Shown here in pieces: positions 1 through 9,077 of a stretch of 64,000 nucleotides of DNA (position 1 is its first letter; every line of letters begins with the position of its first letter). Both the position numbers and the translations under genes were made by a program. The stretch is from a virus. Its lineage: Duplodnaviria > Caudoviricetes. Location of the stretch: positions 64,001 to 128,000 of IMG/VR virus record IMGVR_UViG_3300019124_000001. One strand, written 5' to 3'. The notes beneath the pieces are model-generated. The model was not told the origin of the DNA. It did not search any database and saw only the letters and a list, made by a program, of their open reading frames with translations.

Positions 1-219
1 GGGGCGGCGTTCATCATTGCCTTTGTAAGAGTATTACTTGGAGCTTAATTCCGTCCTGCTACATAATGACAACTGCATTAACGTCTGTAAGTCAATATTT
101 AGAGTGAATTGCTTGTAAAATTTTTTCATTCAACAGGCAATTGACTAGAGACAAATAATGTCGGGTATGTTATAATATAAGTAGGCAAGACACTACAAGG
201 GGGAAGTGAGTGATGGAGC

Positions 220-1197
220 ATGGTAAACTTGGTTATTCCGTTTAACAATAAAATGAAAGAGCGTTTCTTGGGTGATATGAATTTGAGCGAAGAGACAAAG
301 TACTACTACAATCGACTCTTCCTCAAATCTAAATTCGCTGAAGAAACGCTGAACAAAGACCTTGCATACTTCAATGTAATCGAATTGGAAACGGTTTTAT
401 ACAGCTTGAAATCCGCAACACTGAATGCTTGCATCAAAGAAGCAGGAATCATTAAAACATACATCAATTGGGCACTCGAAAAAGGATTGCGACAAGATGG
501 AGTCAATCCCGTACTTATGCTAAAAGAAGATGACTACAGGAAGTTCATACCTGACAAGAACATCAACTTCACCTACAACGATGTGTTTGACGTAATGATC
601 CCTCCCGTATATAATGCTAGTGACGCCATCTGCATCCTCCTTCCGTTCGAGGGCTTGTCACTGGCAGAGATGGTCAATCTGACTAAATACGATGTGGATT
701 GGAACAATAGAGTCTTGATAGTTCAAAAAGATCGTAATGACGAAAGAACCAAACGAGTGGTACAGGTAGAGCAGAAAACTATAGACTTGATCGCCAAGAG
801 CATCGAAGAGAGCGAGTATTACAAGAAAAACGGATATTATCGCTTCAATCCAACCCCACGAGTGAAACCTACTCTTGAGCTTGCAAGTAATGACTTCATC
901 GTTAGAGCGGCACAAACCTACGGCGATAACGAAAATGCTCCTGCTGACACTCAAACTGTAACAAGAAGGCTCAAAATGCTAAAAGAAGAATTAGATCAAC
1001 CAGAATTGAAGTTTCAAAATCTTTCCCGTTCCGGTTTGTTATGGTACGCAAAGAAACTGATGGATGAACGTGAAGGGAGACTGGACACGGAAGCGTACAA
1101 GATGATTGGCAAAAAGTTTGATGTTGAACCGACATATGCGCAACTCAGGCGTACAGTGAATGAAGAAGAAGTGAACAAGCTCTACAATAGGAGGTAA
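220..1197 (+). CDS. MrpR/YopR-like phage repressor (degenerate tyrosine-recombinase fold)
   Basis: 325 aa; SAM-like N-terminus (KTYINWALEKG), box I-like LLPFEGLSLAEMVNL lacking the catalytic Arg, box II-like FQNLSRSG lacking HxLR; size and context resemble SPbeta YopR/MrpR. Confidence 0.75.
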   Translation: MVNLVIPFNNKMKERFLGDMNLSEETKYYYNRLFLKSKFAEETLNKDLAYFNVIELETVLYSLKSATLNACIKEAGIIKTYINWALEKGLRQDGVNPVLMLKEDDYRKFIPDKNINFTYNDVFDVMIPPVYNASDAICILLPFEGLSLAEMVNLTKYDVDWNNRVLIVQKDRNDERTKRVVQVEQKTIDLIAKSIEESEYYKKNGYYRFNPTPRVKPTLELASNDFIVRAAQTYGDNENAPADTQTVTRRLKMLKEELDQPELKFQNLSRSGLLWYAKKLMDEREGRLDTEAYKMIGKKFDVEPTYAQLRRTVNEEEVNKLYNRR

Positions 1198-1201
1198 CAA
1201 C

Positions 1202-1549
1202 ATGGCACGTACTGTCATTCATGATCAAGACGTAAGGATCAAAAGGGATGTATTTGAAATGGAGTTTGACAAGCAAGGGTTTCGCACAGCGAAATCCTTT
1301 CTTGAATATTTTATTGAGGATGTTGGTTTGAAAATAGGTTGGAAGACTCTTTACCAAATGATTTACGAAAAGCCTAACAAGGTAGCATGGAAACTCCATT
1401 ACGCTATGTTGTTAGCAGATTATTTGAATCTAAAGGTGGAGGCGCTATTCGAGTTTTATGATGTAGATATCGAAGCGGAAGCGCAAGCGAGAGAAGACAA
1501 AAACGCTAAGATACGAGAGTCGAAAGAACGCAATAGTAATAAAAACTAA
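1202..1549 (+). CDS. Small XRE-like HTH regulator
   Basis: RBS AGGAGG; IGWKTLYQMI...AMLLADYLNLKVEALFEF resembles the XRE HTH C-terminal pattern. Confidence 0.55.
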   Translation: MARTVIHDQDVRIKRDVFEMEFDKQGFRTAKSFLEYFIEDVGLKIGWKTLYQMIYEKPNKVAWKLHYAMLLADYLNLKVEALFEFYDVDIEAEAQAREDKNAKIRESKERNSNKN

Positions 1550-1586
1550 AACAAGTACCCTAAAATAAGGGTACTTGTTTTAGTTT
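1543..1586. terminator. Intrinsic (possibly bidirectional) terminator
   Basis: 19-bp perfect stem AAACTAAAACAAGTACCCT / AGGGTACTTGTTTTAGTTT. Confidence 0.85.
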
Positions 1587-1592
1587 AGCTGG

Positions 1593-1622
1593 TTGACATA
1601 CATAGTTGTTATATGTTATAAT
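1593..1622 (+). promoter_or_regulatory. SigA promoter of the RRNPP gene, with an inverted copy of the 21-bp repeat in its spacer
   Basis: TTGACA-18 bp-TATAAT with TG extension; CATACATAGTTGTT at 1597-1610 is the reverse complement of AACAACTATGTATG. Confidence 0.8.
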
Positions 1623-1678
1623 ATTGACCGAGGACATTATTACAGTAAAGGGGTGTATAATATGAAGGGGTGTAAAAG

Positions 1679-2704
1679 ATGATCGACAAGGAAAGTTACA
1701 TAGAACGCATTAAGGAGATTATGGACGAACAGGGCTTTACGTCCGTTGAAGCGTTTTCTGAGGTCTGTGGGGTAAACAAAGAATACATTAGGCAAATCCT
1801 GAAAGGCTCTCGTGACATCGGAGAGCTTGAAGCGAAAATAGCCTATGGATTAGGGGTGACTGTTCGTAGATTGCGAATGGAAGACACTCGCGAACAAATA
1901 ATAAAGGCTGAAAATGATTTACTGTTGCCTGAAGTCAACATTCAAGAACTTATTAAATCTGTAAATGTCCTCTACAAAAAAGCAATTGGCATTACAGAGA
2001 AAGCAGACATGCTCTATCTTTTATCCAGTGTGTACAAACATGGTAGACTTTGGAACGAGTGTGTCCAAACGTGCGAAGATGCTCTGCAACTACTGATAAG
2101 ACAGAAGAAGGCAAAGAGTATGAGCAAGATAGGGAAAAGACCTGATGGAGATCGTATCCGTAAGGTAATTTCTCGTTATCTATTCGCACTCAAATCTTCG
2201 CAACGTCTACATGAATATGTTGCCCTAATCGAAAAGTATGAGCAATATTTTGATGTAGATGCTAGAGCGAAGTCTGAGCTTTTGTATAGGAAAGGTAACG
2301 CAAAGTTTCGCCTGAACTACTGGAAGGAAGCGGAGGATTCGTATAACAGCGCACTCGAAGGATTTCGTGTTTTAAATGACAAAGAGTATGAATTTCGTAT
2401 CCTAGTCAATATCGCAATGATCTATGCGGAACGTGAGTTTTATGTAACAGCGATTGATATTTTAAACGAAGCGGAAAAGTTGTTGCAATATGAAACAGCA
2501 TTTGATTCTTTAATGAATTATCAATACGTTGTTGCAAAAATTCTATTTGTAAATGGATCAGATTTAGAAACAATCGAAAAAAGACTTGACAACGCTATGG
2601 GCAGATATGGTAAACTTGAAGGGAAGCCTATGTTGATTTACCATATATTAAAACAAGGCGTTGATCTGGCACTCAAAAGGCAGTTGATCCAAGCCGTCTT
2701 TTGA
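1679..2704 (+). CDS. HTH-TPR peptide-responsive regulator (RRNPP family, AimR/NprR/PlcR-like architecture)
   Basis: N-terminal XRE HTH (IKEIMDEQGFTSVEAFSEVCGVNKEYIRQILKG), then TPR-like helices (LLYRKGNAKFRLNYWKEAEDSYNSAL; ILVNIAMIYAEREFYVTAIDILNEA); followed by a small secreted ORF. Confidence 0.8.
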   Translation: MIDKESYIERIKEIMDEQGFTSVEAFSEVCGVNKEYIRQILKGSRDIGELEAKIAYGLGVTVRRLRMEDTREQIIKAENDLLLPEVNIQELIKSVNVLYKKAIGITEKADMLYLLSSVYKHGRLWNECVQTCEDALQLLIRQKKAKSMSKIGKRPDGDRIRKVISRYLFALKSSQRLHEYVALIEKYEQYFDVDARAKSELLYRKGNAKFRLNYWKEAEDSYNSALEGFRVLNDKEYEFRILVNIAMIYAEREFYVTAIDILNEAEKLLQYETAFDSLMNYQYVVAKILFVNGSDLETIEKRLDNAMGRYGKLEGKPMLIYHILKQGVDLALKRQLIQAVF

Positions 2705-2739
2705 TGTAACAGCCAACAGAAAGGAGAACAGTGAACATT

Positions 2740-2907
2740 ATGAAAAACATCAAGAACAAAATCTTTCTTGCAGGAATCATTCTTGCGATTGGAGCTACCG
2801 TAGGTTGCTCTAAAAATGCAATGCCGTTTGACCCCTACGAGCCTGACGGCAAAGAGGTGTCGGTGTTTGATCCCTACGAGCCAGACCCCATTGTGTTTAA
2901 CGGTTAA
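2740..2907 (+). CDS. Exported signalling pro-peptide, 55 aa (not in ORF track)
   Basis: RBS AAGGAG at 2721; MKNIKNKIFLAGIILAIGATVGCSKNAMPFDPYEPDGKEVSVFDPYEPDPIVFNG; basic N-region, hydrophobic core, twofold FDPYEPD; alternative in-frame GTG at 2731. Confidence 0.8.
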   Translation: MKNIKNKIFLAGIILAIGATVGCSKNAMPFDPYEPDGKEVSVFDPYEPDPIVFNG

Positions 2908-2917
2908 ATATCGTTAA

Positions 2918-2959
2918 AAAAATGCCGAGGAATGTGTCGAAACATTCCTCGGCATTTTT
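2918..2959 (+). terminator. Terminator hairpin after the pro-peptide gene
   Basis: AAAAATGCCGAGGAATGT-GTCGAA-ACATTCCTCGGCATTTTT. Confidence 0.8.
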
Positions 2960-2980
2960 CTTCACAATCTATCAAAATTT

Positions 2981-3060
2981 TTGCGATTTTTGACTTGACG
3001 ATCAATTTTCGCAATTTCCTCTCCGAAACTATAGAAAAAAGTCATAATAGATGGTATTAT
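2981..3060 (+). promoter_or_regulatory. Candidate dyad operator plus weak -35 / extended -10 promoter
   Basis: TTGCGA-ttt-TTGA-N8-TCAA-ttt-TCGCAA (2981-3014); TAGAAA(3032)-17 bp-TATTAT(3055) with TG. Confidence 0.5.
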
Positions 3061-3179
3061 GAAATTACCACATGAAAGACGAACGCTAGTTCGGTAACAG
3101 AGATAGACAATAGTTGCCAACATTCTACAGAACAGTTTTCGTCAAACACACAACTTCATAGTACAAACTTCCAAGGAGA

Positions 3180-3572
3180 GTGCTTTTCATGTTAATGGGT
3201 GATCTGAAATTGTCTCAAACGAACCGTCGAATCCTTTCCTATCTTGTACAGAACGAACATGAGGAAGCCGAGTTTAGGGAATGGCATCTTGGTTTTAACC
3301 GATCTATTCTCTTTGATATTATGGCTTTCCGCGCTGTAAAGGTCGAGAGGGCGTTGGCGAAGTTGTCACTCTCTGATTTTGTACAAGCCTTTGAAAAAGG
3401 CAACAGAGAAGAAAAAAGGGAAGTTTTGCAACAGGTCTTTCAACAATGGGTAACAGATACTGACTTGGACGATCTGACAGAGCGAATTACGAACGGTCTG
3501 ACGCTCGAAGCGCTCTATGAAGAACGCCGCCTGAAGCCAAGTGACTTCCTCCACTCCCTACTTAGGGGGTAG
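3180..3572 (+). CDS. Hypothetical protein (positional analogue of aimX)
   Basis: 130-aa ORF downstream of the receptor-peptide pair; exact start uncertain. Confidence 0.6.
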   Translation: MLFMLMGDLKLSQTNRRILSYLVQNEHEEAEFREWHLGFNRSILFDIMAFRAVKVERALAKLSLSDFVQAFEKGNREEKREVLQQVFQQWVTDTDLDDLTERITNGLTLEALYEERRLKPSDFLHSLLRG

Positions 3573-3591
3573 ACACTTGGTAAAATTATTC

Positions 3592-3621
3592 TTGACAAAC
3601 AATAACTATGTTTGTTAGAAT
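3592..3621 (+). promoter_or_regulatory. SigA-type early promoter with the repeat as spacer
   Basis: TTGACA-AACAATAACTATGTTTGT-TAGAAT; same design at 8987, 11134, 11249, 16358, 18169, 23586, 43500, 53108, 53933. Confidence 0.8.
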
Positions 3622-3681
3622 GCTATCAAGGGGCAAAACTCATGTAACAGCAGAGTCATATAATAGCAGGAGGAATCTATT

Positions 3682-4320
3682 ATGGGCTTATGGAGAAAAA
3701 TGCTTAAATTCAAAACAAAGGTGTTGGAATGGGCGCTTAGGTCTAGTATTCCAAACACACAAAGCAAGATAAAGGGGCGAGAGGTGGAGTTTCTTGGTGG
3801 CAATCAATGGCTCCACGTCTATCGCTTCAAAACGGGAAAATATGCTGGTTATACTTTCTCGTATGAACCAAAGTGGGCTGATATCGGAGTTGGAATTCTG
3901 CCATATCGCAAAAAACACGATGGACAGATTGAATATTTGGCGGTCAATGAAATTCGACCAGTTCACGGGAACAATTTTAACCTCTACGCAATTACTGGCG
4001 GGTGGGATGATCGCAGTATTTCTACTAAAGGATGTGCTGTCAAGGAAGTCAAGGAAGAAACTGGGTACTCTGTAACAGAGAGTGAACTATTTTTCCTTGG
4101 TACTATCAATAATAACAAAATGTCAACTGGAACTATGTACCTGTATGCTGTTGATTTGACAGGCGCGGAAAAGGGTTCTAAAGTCACTGACGGAAGCAGA
4201 GTGGAGCTTGATGCTTATGCAAGTTGGATTGATTTAGATACCCTAATTACAGATGGTGACAATTTGCTGGCGAAGATGTACCTACTTCTAAGACATCGTA
4301 TGGAAAATGGGAAATACTAA
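3682..4320 (+). CDS. NUDIX hydrolase
   Basis: Nudix box GGWDDRSISTKGCAVKEVKEETGY. Confidence 0.85.
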   Translation: MGLWRKMLKFKTKVLEWALRSSIPNTQSKIKGREVEFLGGNQWLHVYRFKTGKYAGYTFSYEPKWADIGVGILPYRKKHDGQIEYLAVNEIRPVHGNNFNLYAITGGWDDRSISTKGCAVKEVKEETGYSVTESELFFLGTINNNKMSTGTMYLYAVDLTGAEKGSKVTDGSRVELDAYASWIDLDTLITDGDNLLAKMYLLLRHRMENGKY

Positions 4321-4390
4321 TACGCACAATAATTTGTGCGTGTTTTAACTTCTGACAAACAACAACTATGTATAATAGGAGAGAGAAAAC

Positions 4391-4621
4391 ATGCAGAAAC
4401 CTACGCTTGACCAATTGCAACGTATCGCATACTGCGAAGAAGTTTTGTTGCGTCAATTCAATGGAGAATCCAGAGAGGATGCTGAAATTTGGCTACGGTT
4501 GAATTGGGGCGAAGCTAGGAGATTGGATTATTTGCAACGGGTAAAACGTAACAGGAAAGGCAAGGCGTATTGGAAAGGTGTACCGCAACAACAGCGCTTG
4601 ATGGGATATCAAGTTTTTTAG
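4391..4621 (+). CDS. Hypothetical protein
   Basis: RBS AGGAG, ORF downstream of a repeat copy. Confidence 0.6.
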   Translation: MQKPTLDQLQRIAYCEEVLLRQFNGESREDAEIWLRLNWGEARRLDYLQRVKRNRKGKAYWKGVPQQQRLMGYQVF

Positions 4622-4735
4622 ATTGAATATAACAGCAGGAGCACAGAAGGACTACGGATGCCTGAAAGTTGTAACAGCTTTCGATATGAGTAGATGTTGG
4701 AAAAATGACCCCCCTATAGGAAAGGAGATAACAAG

Positions 4736-5296
4736 ATGTATTGGATAGCACCTGTACTCTGTGTCGTCGTCGTTTATTTAAGTTTCGTTTGTCATAACTA
4801 TTTTGAATATAAAATAGAGCTTAAGGAATATCTAGAAAGAAAGAGATATTCAAAGCCAAAACATTGGACGAAAGATTTAGATTCTTCCTTTTTCGCTAGT
4901 GTATTGATTGGCGCACTCCTATTTGTTCTATTGACAGGAATGATAAACCTAGTCGCAGATAAAGAGTGGCAGAACGATGGATATCAACCTATCTACGCGA
5001 TGCAGGATAACAGCACATACTATCTCAGACATGTCCACGTAGGAGATTCAAATATGCGTTACTATTATATGGTGGAAACTAGTAATGGGTTGGCTGTATC
5101 ATGGGCATCTACTGATATTTCTTACATCAAAGAAACCTCTGAAACTCCTCACGCTAAACATTTTAAGCGCAAATTTACCAATAAAACGATTGCCAAGTAT
5201 TTTGGGGTGGTCAATTCCAGTGGAAATGATGTTAGAGTCGAATTTCACATTCCAAAAGGTTCCGTTAAGCAAGAATTTAACGTTGACTTAAAATAG
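4736..5296 (+). CDS. Membrane protein, two TM segments plus extracytoplasmic domain
   Basis: RBS AAGGAG; two hydrophobic stretches. Confidence 0.65.
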   Translation: MYWIAPVLCVVVVYLSFVCHNYFEYKIELKEYLERKRYSKPKHWTKDLDSSFFASVLIGALLFVLLTGMINLVADKEWQNDGYQPIYAMQDNSTYYLRHVHVGDSNMRYYYMVETSNGLAVSWASTDISYIKETSETPHAKHFKRKFTNKTIAKYFGVVNSSGNDVRVEFHIPKGSVKQEFNVDLK

Positions 5297-5311
5297 AGGG
5301 AGGAAAAGAAC

Positions 5312-5494
5312 ATGGGATTATGGTTATGGATATTAATCGCATTCATGCTTTCGTTTACGGGTGCAAAGGTAACGATTCAGAAGCGGCGTATTGAAAATTG
5401 GTTTATCAAGTGGCTGTTTTGGGCGATTGTATTGCCTACATTACTATTTTTGATGTCGATTCCGTTCATGGTATTTAAATTCTTGTTCTTGTAG
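5312..5494 (+). CDS. Small membrane protein
   Basis: RBS GGAGG; hydrophobic 60 aa. Confidence 0.6.
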   Translation: MGLWLWILIAFMLSFTGAKVTIQKRRIENWFIKWLFWAIVLPTLLFLMSIPFMVFKFLFL

Positions 5495-5508
5495 GAGGAT
5501 GGACAAAA

Positions 5509-5715
5509 ATGTCAATTACGGCTTTCACAATTGCGAGTTTAATCGTAGTGTACATTATGGTTTATATCCTAATTGGATTCCATGAAGAAGAATGGGGATT
5601 CGAAACCGTTGTTCACGCGTTGGCGGCAGAAATCCTCATGGTCTTATTCGTTTTGTTTCTCTATGGAGCCATTTACGGAATTGGTTGGGTACTGACAAAT
5701 GCATTTGGCGTGTAA
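5509..5715 (+). CDS. Small membrane protein
   Basis: RBS AGGAGG; two hydrophobic helices. Confidence 0.6.
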   Translation: MSITAFTIASLIVVYIMVYILIGFHEEEWGFETVVHALAAEILMVLFVLFLYGAIYGIGWVLTNAFGV

Positions 5716-5757
5716 ATATAGAAATTGATCTTTCGTTCAAAGGAGAGTTACAAAACA

Positions 5758-6036
5758 ATGGAATTTGATAATGCAACGTTTGAAAAGCTAAAACTCGAAA
5801 CGTCTTTGAAAGTAGGGACAGATGAATTTTTCCAGCACTACAAGGGGATGACTGAAAAAAGTGCGCAACGAATTTTCGATTTGGCAAAGCGCGAAGCAAA
5901 TATTTTGATTCGCGTTATCAATGGTAATTACATCGTTTACAAGAATCGCTACGATAAATCTGGGATCGCTTGCTCTGCCCAAGATGTGCTTGACATGTTG
6001 CAGAATTACCCAAACACAGTAGTTATTAATTACTAA
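5758..6036 (+). CDS. Hypothetical protein
   Basis: RBS AAGGAG, ATG at 5758. Confidence 0.6.
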   Translation: MEFDNATFEKLKLETSLKVGTDEFFQHYKGMTEKSAQRIFDLAKREANILIRVINGNYIVYKNRYDKSGIACSAQDVLDMLQNYPNTVVINY

Positions 6037-6081
6037 TTTACAAGTTTAATCTACGGCTTGCATCCAAAAGGAGGAACTATA

Positions 6082-6495
6082 ATGGGGAAAATTGTGATCT
6101 TCAGTGCGATAGCAGGAGAAGGTGCAACTACGCAACTGATCAATGAAATGATGAGCTATGTAAATCCTAGCACTTCTGTAAAAATGATACTTCTGTCTAG
6201 TTATTTGAACTTCGATACATTTGCGGCTATTGCTAAGTCGCATAGCAATATTAAACATCTAAGAGCGTCTGATGAAATACGTTTCCAATACGTGGAGACA
6301 ATCTTGGATTCTGAACACTACTTTTTCGAACACGAAGGGGCGAGTGTGATCGCTTTAGATCGTCTTATCAACAACATAGATGATTATAAGCAAATCGAGG
6401 AGTGGGCACATAAATATGGAAAGACTGTACTAGTTTCTCGTGTCTTGCCGAATCGAGTAGCAAAGTGCGATAAATCAGTTCGTGTGCTTCGATAA
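6082..6495 (+). CDS. Hypothetical protein (degenerate P-loop-like N-terminus)
   Basis: RBS AGGAGG; KIVIFSAIAGEGATT. Confidence 0.55.
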   Translation: MGKIVIFSAIAGEGATTQLINEMMSYVNPSTSVKMILLSSYLNFDTFAAIAKSHSNIKHLRASDEIRFQYVETILDSEHYFFEHEGASVIALDRLINNIDDYKQIEEWAHKYGKTVLVSRVLPNRVAKCDKSVRVLR

Positions 6496-6522
6496 AAGAT
6501 TGGTTTCATATTAGGAGGAGAA

Positions 6523-6870
6523 TTGGTCTTGAATAAGCTACGATTTTTAGACGCTAAGATTGCAGAAATGGCGCATGGCTTTAAGTGGAGTACTACAAAG
6601 GGTGATAGAAAATTTCTGTTGTTGCCAAAAGACTATCTCTTGCGTACATGGTCAACTGTCTGGGATGACGATGGAATTCCCACTTGGTTGCCTGAATTTC
6701 ACCTCACTCTAGTAGGTGCGAACGTGATCGTTAACCAAGAATTGGTAGGCAGAGTGATCGAAGTGACGGAAGACAAGAAATTCCGTATCAAATGGCTGAA
6801 TATGAATTATGGTGGCAGAATCGGCAAGTATAATGCTGATTTTATCTTGGATAACGAACTTCAACTATAG
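6523..6870 (+). CDS. Phage ABA-sandwich-like protein, paralog of 39397..39744
   Basis: LRFLDAKIAEMAHGFKW...WDDDGIPTWLPEF. Confidence 0.55.
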   Translation: MVLNKLRFLDAKIAEMAHGFKWSTTKGDRKFLLLPKDYLLRTWSTVWDDDGIPTWLPEFHLTLVGANVIVNQELVGRVIEVTEDKKFRIKWLNMNYGGRIGKYNADFILDNELQL

Positions 6871-6903
6871 ATAAAACATGCCTTTCATCTAACCTAAAAG
6901 GAT

Positions 6904-7092
6904 GTGACACTCGTGTCCAAACGTTTTAACAAAATTGAAGAATTTAGAAATGCAGTCAAGAAATTCAAGAATTCAAATCAAACTCCACAAGAAATTATGA
7001 ATTTCTTACTTGCATTTAGACGGGCGACCATGTTAGGAGACGGGCTTTCTTATGTCAATGTAATGAAGGTCTTGGAGGATGAGATGGCATGA
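6904..7092 (+). CDS. Hypothetical protein
   Basis: ORF coupled to the next gene by ATGA overlap. Confidence 0.55.
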   Translation: MTLVSKRFNKIEEFRNAVKKFKNSNQTPQEIMNFLLAFRRATMLGDGLSYVNVMKVLEDEMA

Positions 7093-7901
7093 AATTTGAC
7101 CTGATTTCCGATATTCATATTGACTTTTATGTTAATATCTGCAAACCCGAATACAAAATGCGAAGGCGTATATCGGAGTTTGTAACATCAATTCTTCCAG
7201 ATGTACCATCTGACACTTTGGCTATCTGTGGCGATATTGGTCACTATAACAGTCAGAACGTAATGTTGCTGGAAGAATTGAGAAAACATTATCAAAATAT
7301 TGTGCTTGTGTTCGGAAACCACGACTTGTATTTGGTGTCCAACAACGCAAGAGGGAAGTATAGAAGAAATTCTCTCTTACGATTGGAAGAAATGAAAGTA
7401 TTAGCTTCCGCAATCGAAGGGGTTTATATCCTCGATGGGAATGTTGTTGAATTGGACGGAATCAAATTTGGCGGTTGTATCATGTGGTACGACTTCTCTT
7501 ATGTCGTACAAGAACTTGGATTGAAAATTGAAAATGCCAAGTATTGTTGGCGTACAGAGTCGAACGATAGTAGGCTTATCGCTGGATTCCCACTCAATGT
7601 GACGGAAATGTTCGAGAAAGAAAAGTCGAAGTTTGACAATATTCTATGTAACAGTGATGTAATTTTGACACATGTTGGAGGAGAGTGGAGTCATTGTGAT
7701 CCACGATTCAAAACTGAGCTTTCTACGAGTTTGTACTACTTTGATGGGAAGCCTTGGATGAACAAGCTAAAAGGTAAAATCTGGTGTTTTGGTCATGATC
7801 ATTATAGACGAGATTACACATTAAACGATTGTCGTTATGTGAATGGTGCATTGGGTTATCCTGACGAAAATAATGGATGCAAAATCGTTACCGTGACTTA
7901 A
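7089..7901 (+). CDS. Calcineurin-like metallophosphoesterase
   Basis: SDIH, GD, GNHD, TH and GHDH motifs. Confidence 0.85.
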   Translation: MKFDLISDIHIDFYVNICKPEYKMRRRISEFVTSILPDVPSDTLAICGDIGHYNSQNVMLLEELRKHYQNIVLVFGNHDLYLVSNNARGKYRRNSLLRLEEMKVLASAIEGVYILDGNVVELDGIKFGGCIMWYDFSYVVQELGLKIENAKYCWRTESNDSRLIAGFPLNVTEMFEKEKSKFDNILCNSDVILTHVGGEWSHCDPRFKTELSTSLYYFDGKPWMNKLKGKIWCFGHDHYRRDYTLNDCRYVNGALGYPDENNGCKIVTVT

Positions 7902-7923
7902 AACATAACAGGAGAGTGCGACC

Positions 7924-8208
7924 ATGACAAAAATGTGGGAAGAACTGAAAGTAAGAATAACAGATACTTCTAAAGATTTTGAGACTAGTCTTGCCGATAA
8001 GCAGACTTATGACTATGTGTTGTATCTAATGGAAGAGATCGAAAAGAAGCATGGTCAATCTGAATCTTATCTTGTAAGTATCCCGCAAGAAGAGTATGAC
8101 AAACTCAAAGAAGAAGTGGCGTTCTTGGAATGCTTACGAGCTTGCGGGGTAGACAATTGGGAAGCCTACAGCGAAGCGCGAACTATGATGAGAGAAAGCA
8201 TTTCTTAA
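7924..8208 (+). CDS. Hypothetical phage protein
   Basis: C-terminal LECLRACGVDNWEAYSEA motif typical of small phage proteins. Confidence 0.6.
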   Translation: MTKMWEELKVRITDTSKDFETSLADKQTYDYVLYLMEEIEKKHGQSESYLVSIPQEEYDKLKEEVAFLECLRACGVDNWEAYSEARTMMRESIS

Positions 8209-8239
8209 ATCACTATAACAGCGGAGGGAGCTAGTTACC

Positions 8240-8866
8240 ATGAAACTTGGGACGACTGAATCGACAATGATTCTGAATCTTCTGAATCAACTGGATGTTC
8301 AGAAGTGTATTGATAATTCGTATAAAAACCATCATGCAAAAGGTCTGAATTACATCAATCTTTTTCGCGACCCTAACCTGACGATCAAGCTGTACTTTCT
8401 GGACGAAAATGTTCATAAGAATCTTAATAGCGAAGGTTTGCTTGTTATGCCCCACACTCACGCCTATCACTTTCAAACAGTTGTGATTTATGGCGCTATT
8501 CGACATGTTGTGTATAAAGAAGATAAGAAATTGTCAGGTCAACATCCTTGGCTATCTTATAAATATGATAGCCGCAAAGAGCCACAAGAGCGCTTTTCTG
8601 CACCGATGGTAACAGGCTTGACAATTGATAGCATAAACACATACAACCGTGGAGAAAGTTATTATGTAGACCCGTACATGATTCACAGCTTGATCCCAAC
8701 GCAAAAGTCAACTTGCTTAATTCTTTTTCAGTATGCAAATCAAAGAACAATTACAGAGTTCTATCAGCCTGTCAATTCAGAACTTCCGAAATTCGACGGA
8801 ATCTATGAGCGGTTCACGCCGCAAGAGATCGTATTTTTTGCAAAGGAAGTATTGAAGCATATTTGA
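8240..8866 (+). CDS. Cupin-like protein
   Basis: PHTHAYHF...YG and GESYYVDPYMIHSL resemble the two cupin motifs. Confidence 0.55.
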   Translation: MKLGTTESTMILNLLNQLDVQKCIDNSYKNHHAKGLNYINLFRDPNLTIKLYFLDENVHKNLNSEGLLVMPHTHAYHFQTVVIYGAIRHVVYKEDKKLSGQHPWLSYKYDSRKEPQERFSAPMVTGLTIDSINTYNRGESYYVDPYMIHSLIPTQKSTCLILFQYANQRTITEFYQPVNSELPKFDGIYERFTPQEIVFFAKEVLKHI

Positions 8867-9077
8867 ATAACAATAAAGGAATTGTCAGACAATTCGGTAA
8901 AATCTTGTATGTCTGCATTCCTCGGCGGCTTGGTATTTAGCACAATAACAATTTTGTTTCTATTATATGTTTTTGCAAAATAGTTGTTGACATCTGATAA
9001 TTATGTATGGTAAGATATAACCATCAAGAGGAAAAACAAACCAAGTTTTCGACAAATTGCCAAATGAGGTGTGCAAA

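Noticed and set aside
220-1197. Active integrase
   Set aside because: Catalytic Arg and HxLR are not recognisable; fits the MrpR-like repressor class better
6033-6053. Degenerate extra palindromic site CTAATT-N6-TTTAATCTA (also a weak one near 62072)
   Set aside because: Correct position at a stop codon but the left arm is too divergent to count
3655-8230. TATAAYAGCRGGAG seen three times (about 3660, 4628, 8215)
   Set aside because: Short, largely Shine-Dalgarno sequence; too few copies to separate from chance
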